A program made the position numbers and the translations under genes. Shown here one piece after another: positions 58,786 through 64,000 of a stretch of 64,000 bases of DNA (positions are counted from its first letter, which is position 1; each line of letters begins with the position of its first letter). The notes below the pieces were generated by a model. That model worked only from the letters and a program-made list of their open reading frames with translations. It was not told the origin of the DNA and searched no databases. Origin of the DNA: Candidatus Poribacteria bacterium (GTDB lineage: Bacteria > Poribacteria > WGA-4E > WGA-3G); contig CBDBFU010000004.1 of NCBI GenBank assembly GCA_965205025.1, positions 12,898-76,897 on the forward strand, in the 5' to 3' direction.

Positions 58786-58856
58786 ATTCCGTCCCTACGG
58801 GACTCAAGATAATGGATAAGCACGTTTTCTATAGACATTTCGTCCCTACGGGACTC
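58786..58856. repeat. two ~35-bp direct repeats each containing hairpin GTCCC-TAC-GGGAC
   Basis: TCTATAAACATTCCGTCCCTACGGGACTCAAGATA / TCTATAGACATTTCGTCCCTACGGGACTCATAATA. Confidence 0.45.
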
Positions 58857-59037
58857 ATAATATCTATATGATAAACCTTATATCACGTAAGTCACGTAAG
58901 TCATAATGTAAATTTATCAATTGAAAATGGTATTATATGGTCTTAATTATTTCAAGGGAAATGACCCATGAAACTCGAAGAAAATAAAAGAATCTGTTGT
59001 TCAAGGAAACGGAGTGAGTTTGTTGAATACCTAACAC

Positions 59038-60492
59038 TATAGGCGTCAATTTTAGAAAAAGGATGTCTGATTTTTCAATAATAATTATTGTTAAGTGAAA
59101 ACATCTCCTATATAATGTATAAAAATATTACCTTTTACTTTATACAAGAGGTGTTTCCAATGAATACATTATCACAGGTTCCTGAAAAAATGCAACAGAT
59201 TCTAACAACCATTGCTGATGAAGCAGCCCTTGAAACAGGATTTTGCAAAAGAAATCGAAAACTTGCGGGGAGTCATTTTGCTCAGACACTTATTTATAGT
59301 TGGTTAGAAAATCCTGATGCCACCTATACTCAACTTACACATACTGCTGCTTCTCTCGGTACTCCAATCTCACGACAAGCGATTGAACAACGATTTACTG
59401 CTGAAGCTGCACAAACCCTCAAAGCAATCCTTGACGCGGCTGCGTCCGAAGTGATTTCTGCGGATCCACAAGTTCTCCCACTCCTTGAACAGTTCAACGG
59501 TATCTATATACAAGATAGTTCTTGGATAACACTCCCTGATACGCTTCACGATATTTGGGAAGGTGCCAGTAAAAAGGATTATCCGAACAAATCCGAACTG
59601 AAACTCCATCTACGCTTCGATGTTGCTACAGGGACATTCGAACACTTTCAACTCACCAACGGCATCACCGCTGATAGCACTGTAGAAAAACAGATTGACC
59701 GGCTCCCCCAAGGGAGTTTACGCCTTGCGGATCTCGGTTATTTTTCGCTACAAACCCTTCAAGAACTTACGGACGAAGGGGTCTTTTGGATTTCACGGTA
59801 TAAAGTTAGGTGTTCGGTTTTTGACAATACAGGAAAGCCTCTTTGTTTACATAAATGGCTCAAGTTTCAGACCGAAAACATTATCGAAACAGATATTTTC
59901 ATAGGTTCAAAAAAGCGGATGAAAGTAAGATTAGTAGCTCAGAGACTCTCCGAAGAAGAAACCGAAAAACGACGACGAGATATCAACTATCGTGCTAAAC
60001 GAAAGCATACACAAGCATCACAGGCACGACTCCAACTCGCAGGTTGGAATATCTACATTACAAATATTGGAACGGATCAACTCACCGCTGAACAGATATG
60101 TGTCATTGCGCGGATTCGATGGCAGATCGAGTTGATATTTAAGTGCTTTAAAAGCCTTGGAAAAGTAGACACATCACGAAGTAAAAAACCGTATCGTATT
60201 CTATGTGAAATATATGCTAAACTGATCGCTGCAATCATTCGGCATTGGGTGATGTTGGTCATAGGATGGCGATGTTTACGGCATAGTTTATCGAAAACAG
60301 TAGAGCTTATTACGTCCTACACACGCACAATCACAATAAGCTTTCGCAAGTCAAAGAGACATCTTAGAGAGACATTTGATGAGATAAAACAAGTATTCGA
60401 AAACGGGTGCTACATTGAAAGAAGAGCTAATAGAAAAACAACATTGGAATATCTTGAAAATGCTACAAAAAACCGCTAAATTGACGCCTATG
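59038..60492 (+). mobile_element. complete IS4-family insertion sequence (1455 bp) with 15-bp terminal inverted repeats, flanked by a perfect 20-bp direct repeat
   Basis: IRL TATAGGCGTCAATTT (59038-59052); IRR reverse complement CATAGGCGTCAATTT (60478-60492). Flanking direct repeats GTTTGTTGAATACCTAACAC at 59018-59037 and 60493-60512. Single transposase ORF. Confidence 0.75.
59160..60479 (+). CDS. IS4-family DDE transposase
   Basis: AAGAGGTG RBS then ATG 59160 (MNTLSQV...). C-terminal Y-x-x-R-W-x-I-E-x-x-F-K motif (IARIRWQIELIFKCFKSLGK) is typical of IS4/DDE_Tnp_1. Confidence 0.8.
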   Translation: MNTLSQVPEKMQQILTTIADEAALETGFCKRNRKLAGSHFAQTLIYSWLENPDATYTQLTHTAASLGTPISRQAIEQRFTAEAAQTLKAILDAAASEVISADPQVLPLLEQFNGIYIQDSSWITLPDTLHDIWEGASKKDYPNKSELKLHLRFDVATGTFEHFQLTNGITADSTVEKQIDRLPQGSLRLADLGYFSLQTLQELTDEGVFWISRYKVRCSVFDNTGKPLCLHKWLKFQTENIIETDIFIGSKKRMKVRLVAQRLSEEETEKRRRDINYRAKRKHTQASQARLQLAGWNIYITNIGTDQLTAEQICVIARIRWQIELIFKCFKSLGKVDTSRSKKPYRILCEIYAKLIAAIIRHWVMLVIGWRCLRHSLSKTVELITSYTRTITISFRKSKRHLRETFDEIKQVFENGCYIERRANRKTTLEYLENATKNR

Positions 60493-60570
60493 GTTTGTTG
60501 AATACCTAACACCCAGAAGGCACCAACAACGCAACTCAAAAAAGAGACACGGCAACTCACAGAACACACG

Positions 60571-63500
60571 GTGAACGCAATGCCTAACGCACGACAGCAA
60601 CGCAAACTTGACAACCATCTCACCCTTCACGGATGGTTAAATAGCCACTTCAAGTACAAAACAACACAAGACCTTCTTAACGCAGTAAAAAACGAAGAGG
60701 AAGGCTTCAATCCAGATGGACACTCTCCCATCTGTGAATTTCTTATCTCCCGTGCAGAGCCAGATTCAGCAATTGAGAATGCCCTACCAACCTACGACAG
60801 TAACATCAAACGACACCTGTCCGCTATAAACAGTAAACGTACACAACCGATTGTTCTCCGCTATTTCCAATACCTTTCCCTGATCTATACCGAAATATTC
60901 CTTGATTGGAAATTCAACAAAAGTGGTGAATTCTTACGTCAACTCAATGATTTTGTCCAAACACGTAACGATGCGCGAGCACCGAGTGACGCGATGGATA
61001 CACCTTTTTCAGAAGCAGACGTTGAAAAACTCGCCTTCTGGATGGCAACGGGTGCTGGCAAAACACTTATTATGCACATCAATTATCACCAGTTCCTGCA
61101 TTACTGCAAAGAAAAGTTAGACCACATTGTGCTTATCACACCTAACGAAGGATTAAGCGAACAGCACATGCGTGAACTCGCAAACTCGGATATCCGATGC
61201 GAACGGTTTAACGTTGAAGGTAATCGTCTGTCGCACGCGGACGATACGATGCAAGTCATTGAAATTACAAAGTTAGTAGAGGAAAAAACAGGTAGCGGGG
61301 TAAGTGTTCCAGTTGAGGCATTTGAGGGAAATAATCTTATTCTTGTTGATGAAGGACATAAAGGCAGCGGTGGTAAAGTTTGGCGTGAATACCGAGAAGC
61401 ACTTGCCGAAACAGGTTTCACTTTTGAATACAGTGCGACCTTCGGACAGGCACTCGCTGCTGCAAGCAATGCTGATCTCATTGATGAGTACGGTAAATCC
61501 ATTGTATTTGATTATTCCTACCGATATTTCTATGGTGATGGATACGGTAAGAACTTCCGCATTCTCAACGTCAAACATGACGACGCAACCCAAACGGAGA
61601 TGCTACTTTTAGGCAATCTTCTGAGCTTCTATGAACAGAGACGTTATTTCAGTCAAAATACTGAGGTAGTGTGTGATTACGGTTTAGACTCGCCACTGTG
61701 GGCATTTGTCGGTAGTAGGGTGAATGCCGTTTATTCCGAAAACAAACAATCACGTTCTGATGTTCTTAACGTTATAAGCTTTCTGCATCAGTTCCTGAGA
61801 AATGAAAAAGGATGGGCAATTGATACTATTGAGAAAATCCTCAACAACGATTCCGGATTAAAAGATGACAACGGTAGCGATGTTTTTTACAATAGACTTA
61901 GTTATCTCAAAGAATCCAGAGATACACCAGCGCAAATTTACACCGCTATTCTCAACGAGGTATTTCACACTGATTCAAGTGGGGAATTACACCTGAGTGA
62001 CGTCCGTAATGCTCCTGGTGAAATCGCTTTAAAAACAACACATGGTAGTAAGGAATTCGGACTCATTTACATCGGTGACACGTCTGCCTTCAAAAAACTT
62101 GTTGAAAATGACGATGCAGGTATTAAAACGGATTCTGAAGATGTTCTCACCGAGAGTCTCTTTAACGGCATTAACACCGTTGACAGTCCAATTAATATTC
62201 TCATTGGCGCGAAAAAGTTCATTGAAGGATGGGACAGTTGGCGTGTCACCGCTATGGGACTATTGAACATTGGTAAGCAAGAAGGCTCTCAGATCATTCA
62301 GCTTTTCGGCAGAGGGGTTCGCCTACGTGGCAATGATATGTGTCTTAAACGAAGTAGTGCCGTTGGTGGTGAACATCCGCCTAATCTTCCACTTTTAGAA
62401 ACACTTAACATTTTTGCTGTCCGTGCCAATTTCATGGTACAATTCCGAGATTACCTTATGCGTGAGGGTGTCCCACCCGACGAACCTGTCCAATTGGAAT
62501 TACCCATCAAACCGAACATAAATTACCTTTCGAATCAACTTTTTGTTCCAAAAGTGTTGGAATATAACAAAGCTGCGAAAGGAAAGTGTGTAATGCTTAA
62601 AGCAGATCCAGCTGCTATTATTTCCCATACGACCCAAAGCGTTGAGATTATTGGGAGTAGTTCACAGAGTGGTATCCAAGGGGATCGAGCGGATGCGGCA
62701 CTCCAAACTCATATTGAAGATAAATACTTGAAATTAGTAGACTGGGAGAACATTTACTTGCAACTCCTTGAGTACAAGCAAGAAAAAGAATTTCATAATC
62801 TGATTTTTAATACCGAGATTCTTCAACAGATACTTAATCCAAACAAAGGTTTATATGAACTTTATGTCATGGATGAGTCTGAAGTTATGCCGAAATCATT
62901 TGTTGAATTGGAACGATTAGAGGAATTAGTACTAACACTCCTCCGCAAATATATTGCTAAATTTTATCGTATTATTCAAAAACGTTGGAATGATGAAGCA
63001 GTACGCTTAGATAAGTTGAAAAAAGAGAACCCTAACTTCACTAATTGGAAAGTTTCCATCCCTCGAGAGGATGCAAGTGAACTTGAGCCACAAATAAAAC
63101 ATCTCATAGAAAATGGCGTTATATATGGACCTGATTTAACCCATCTTCCCAATATCTATAATGACCGTCATCTCTACCAACCCCTTCTCACTGTAGGTGA
63201 AGTAGACACGGTGTTACGTACAACCCCGCCAGCCTTAGAGGAAAGTGAAAAACACTTTGTCGAAGATCTTCGTCGTTACGTACGTAATCAAGATGAGACA
63301 CTCCTTGCCAAAAAGGAGATTTACCTCTTACGTAACCAGAGCCGTGGCAAAGGAATGGGTTTTTTCGTAAATGAAGGCTTTTACCCCGACTTCATCCTCT
63401 GGATACTTGAAGGTGTGAAACAGCGGATCGTTTTCATAGAACCCCACGGTATGATCTATGAAGTCATAAATGAACACAACGACAAAATTACTCTTTTCAA

Positions 63501-63720
63501 GAGACTGCGATCCCTCTCCCATGAACGTTTCCGTGGTGAACACGTGCAAATGGATGCCTATATGATTTCAAGAACCAGTATGTCTAATCTTATACGTAAA
63601 TATCAAGACGAGGACAGAGATACATTTGCAGAAAAATGGCATATCCTTTTCCGCACCGATACCGATCCCACCTACCTTTCCCCAATCTTTCAAGATCCAG
63701 ATTCAGATTTTTCTGCCTGA
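60571..63720 (+). CDS. Type III restriction enzyme Res-like subunit: SF2 helicase/ATPase with C-terminal nuclease-like region
   Basis: Motif I MATGAGKTLIM, motif II LILVDEGHKG (DEAH-type), motif III YSATFGQA, motif VI QLFGRGVRL. C-terminal YPDFILW...RIVFIEPHG resembles PD-(D/E)xK with K replaced by H. 1049 aa. The start is GTG 60571 or ATG 60580. Confidence 0.75.
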   Translation: MNAMPNARQQRKLDNHLTLHGWLNSHFKYKTTQDLLNAVKNEEEGFNPDGHSPICEFLISRAEPDSAIENALPTYDSNIKRHLSAINSKRTQPIVLRYFQYLSLIYTEIFLDWKFNKSGEFLRQLNDFVQTRNDARAPSDAMDTPFSEADVEKLAFWMATGAGKTLIMHINYHQFLHYCKEKLDHIVLITPNEGLSEQHMRELANSDIRCERFNVEGNRLSHADDTMQVIEITKLVEEKTGSGVSVPVEAFEGNNLILVDEGHKGSGGKVWREYREALAETGFTFEYSATFGQALAAASNADLIDEYGKSIVFDYSYRYFYGDGYGKNFRILNVKHDDATQTEMLLLGNLLSFYEQRRYFSQNTEVVCDYGLDSPLWAFVGSRVNAVYSENKQSRSDVLNVISFLHQFLRNEKGWAIDTIEKILNNDSGLKDDNGSDVFYNRLSYLKESRDTPAQIYTAILNEVFHTDSSGELHLSDVRNAPGEIALKTTHGSKEFGLIYIGDTSAFKKLVENDDAGIKTDSEDVLTESLFNGINTVDSPINILIGAKKFIEGWDSWRVTAMGLLNIGKQEGSQIIQLFGRGVRLRGNDMCLKRSSAVGGEHPPNLPLLETLNIFAVRANFMVQFRDYLMREGVPPDEPVQLELPIKPNINYLSNQLFVPKVLEYNKAAKGKCVMLKADPAAIISHTTQSVEIIGSSSQSGIQGDRADAALQTHIEDKYLKLVDWENIYLQLLEYKQEKEFHNLIFNTEILQQILNPNKGLYELYVMDESEVMPKSFVELERLEELVLTLLRKYIAKFYRIIQKRWNDEAVRLDKLKKENPNFTNWKVSIPREDASELEPQIKHLIENGVIYGPDLTHLPNIYNDRHLYQPLLTVGEVDTVLRTTPPALEESEKHFVEDLRRYVRNQDETLLAKKEIYLLRNQSRGKGMGFFVNEGFYPDFILWILEGVKQRIVFIEPHGMIYEVINEHNDKITLFKRLRSLSHERFRGEHVQMDAYMISRTSMSNLIRKYQDEDRDTFAEKWHILFRTDTDPTYLSPIFQDPDSDFSA

Positions 63721-63817
63721 TAACTGTCCATTTTATTGATTGGTTGTATTAACACAATATCTTAGCCAATTATTCTGTATTTATAGTAAACTTTAGATTT
63801 AATTAGACACTTTACTT

Positions 63818-63859
63818 GTAGGAGCGACCTCCTGGTCGCGACCGGGAGGTCGCTCCTAC
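63818..63859. repeat. 42-bp near-perfect palindrome (15-bp perfect arms, palindromic centre)
   Basis: GTAGGAGCGACCTCC-TGGTCGCGACCG-GGAGGTCGCTCCTAC, 98 bp after the Res stop. Confidence 0.6.
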
Positions 63860-63957
63860 AGAAGAGGTGTGGGACGCGAACGTAAGTTGAGCCAATAGAA
63901 AATGTAGTATTCATTTTATTGTTTACTATAGTTCTGGCTGTGTGATGAATTGCACCG

Positions 63958-64000
63958 TAGGCGTCAATTTAGTGAGATTCGTATATTTTTAGGTTGGTTT
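63958..64000 (+). mobile_element. probable left end of another copy of the IS4-family element or its MITE derivative, running off the window edge
   Basis: GTAGGCGTCAATTTAGTGAG matches IRL TATAGGCGTCAATTTTAG. Preceding TGATGAATTGCACC resembles the target/direct-repeat sequence seen at the other two insertions. Confidence 0.4.

Overview
AT-rich (~40% GC) bacterial chromosomal window, almost all genes on the + strand. Gene content is typical of uncultivated marine/Planctomycetes- or Poribacteria-like genomes (WD40, LamG, Bat/VWA, DUF1111/imelysin), but I cannot confirm the organism. Main blocks, left to right: (1) 1-4058: a tandemly amplified two-gene cassette of unknown function (A-B, a fragment scar, A'-B', A'' stub). 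In both copies A and B are separated only by an in-frame TGA plus a conserved, codon-like 15-nt spacer, and B has no ATG start, so this is a candidate recoding (Sec or readthrough) locus. Between the two copies lies a scar holding an IS5-family transposase fragment, a truncated ECF sigma factor and a B-remnant. (2) Housekeeping/accessory genes: secreted LamG protein, two paralogous WD40 proteins, a TIGR00266/AIM24-like gene, and an enolase-superfamily gene plus an ornithine-cyclodeaminase-family gene that are split by a 1.6-kb AT-richer islet. The islet carries a frameshifted TaqI-like N6-adenine methyltransferase and a partner ORF. (3) 12.6-21 kb: a Bat-like membrane operon (double-TM VWA protein, DUF4159-like protein, 1172-aa coiled-coil membrane protein) ending in a GH3 hydrolase. 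(4) 24.7-45.3 kb: a large iron/heme-acquisition supercluster. It has an OM beta-barrel, imelysin, a frameshifted DUF1111 di-heme protein, two TonB-dependent receptors, a DUF4856-like lipoprotein, a GT-C membrane protein, an FAD oxidoreductase, an IsdG/ABM heme-monooxygenase-like gene, a PepSY-TM protein, two tandem HmuY-like lipoproteins, an HmuTUV-like ABC transporter and a bacterioferritin-like gene. Two identical 19-bp Fur-box palindromes GATAATGAGATTCATTATC and a third variant precede genes in this cluster. (5) 45.4-48.5 kb, minus strand: lipoprotein, orphan XylF-like sugar-binding protein, CsgG-like lipoprotein. (6) 48.5-50.6 kb: a 2-kb AT-rich, repeat-rich noncoding region. (7) 50.6-63.7 kb: a defence island. 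It holds an Avs-like STAND NTPase with an N-terminal Mrr-type PD-(D/E)xK nuclease, broken by two +1 frameshifts at poly-A runs. It also holds a Type III-like restriction-modification pair: a 1028-aa Mod with an unexplained ~480-aa N-terminal extension and a 1049-aa SF2-helicase Res. A complete IS4-family insertion sequence with flanking 20-bp direct repeats physically splits the pair. Short repeat families occur throughout: a 136-153-bp MITE with TIR AACGTGAGTTTGATAA, an IS-derived MITE, GGTAGG-type REP hairpins, and a 42-bp perfect palindrome. No rRNA, tRNA or CRISPR array was found.
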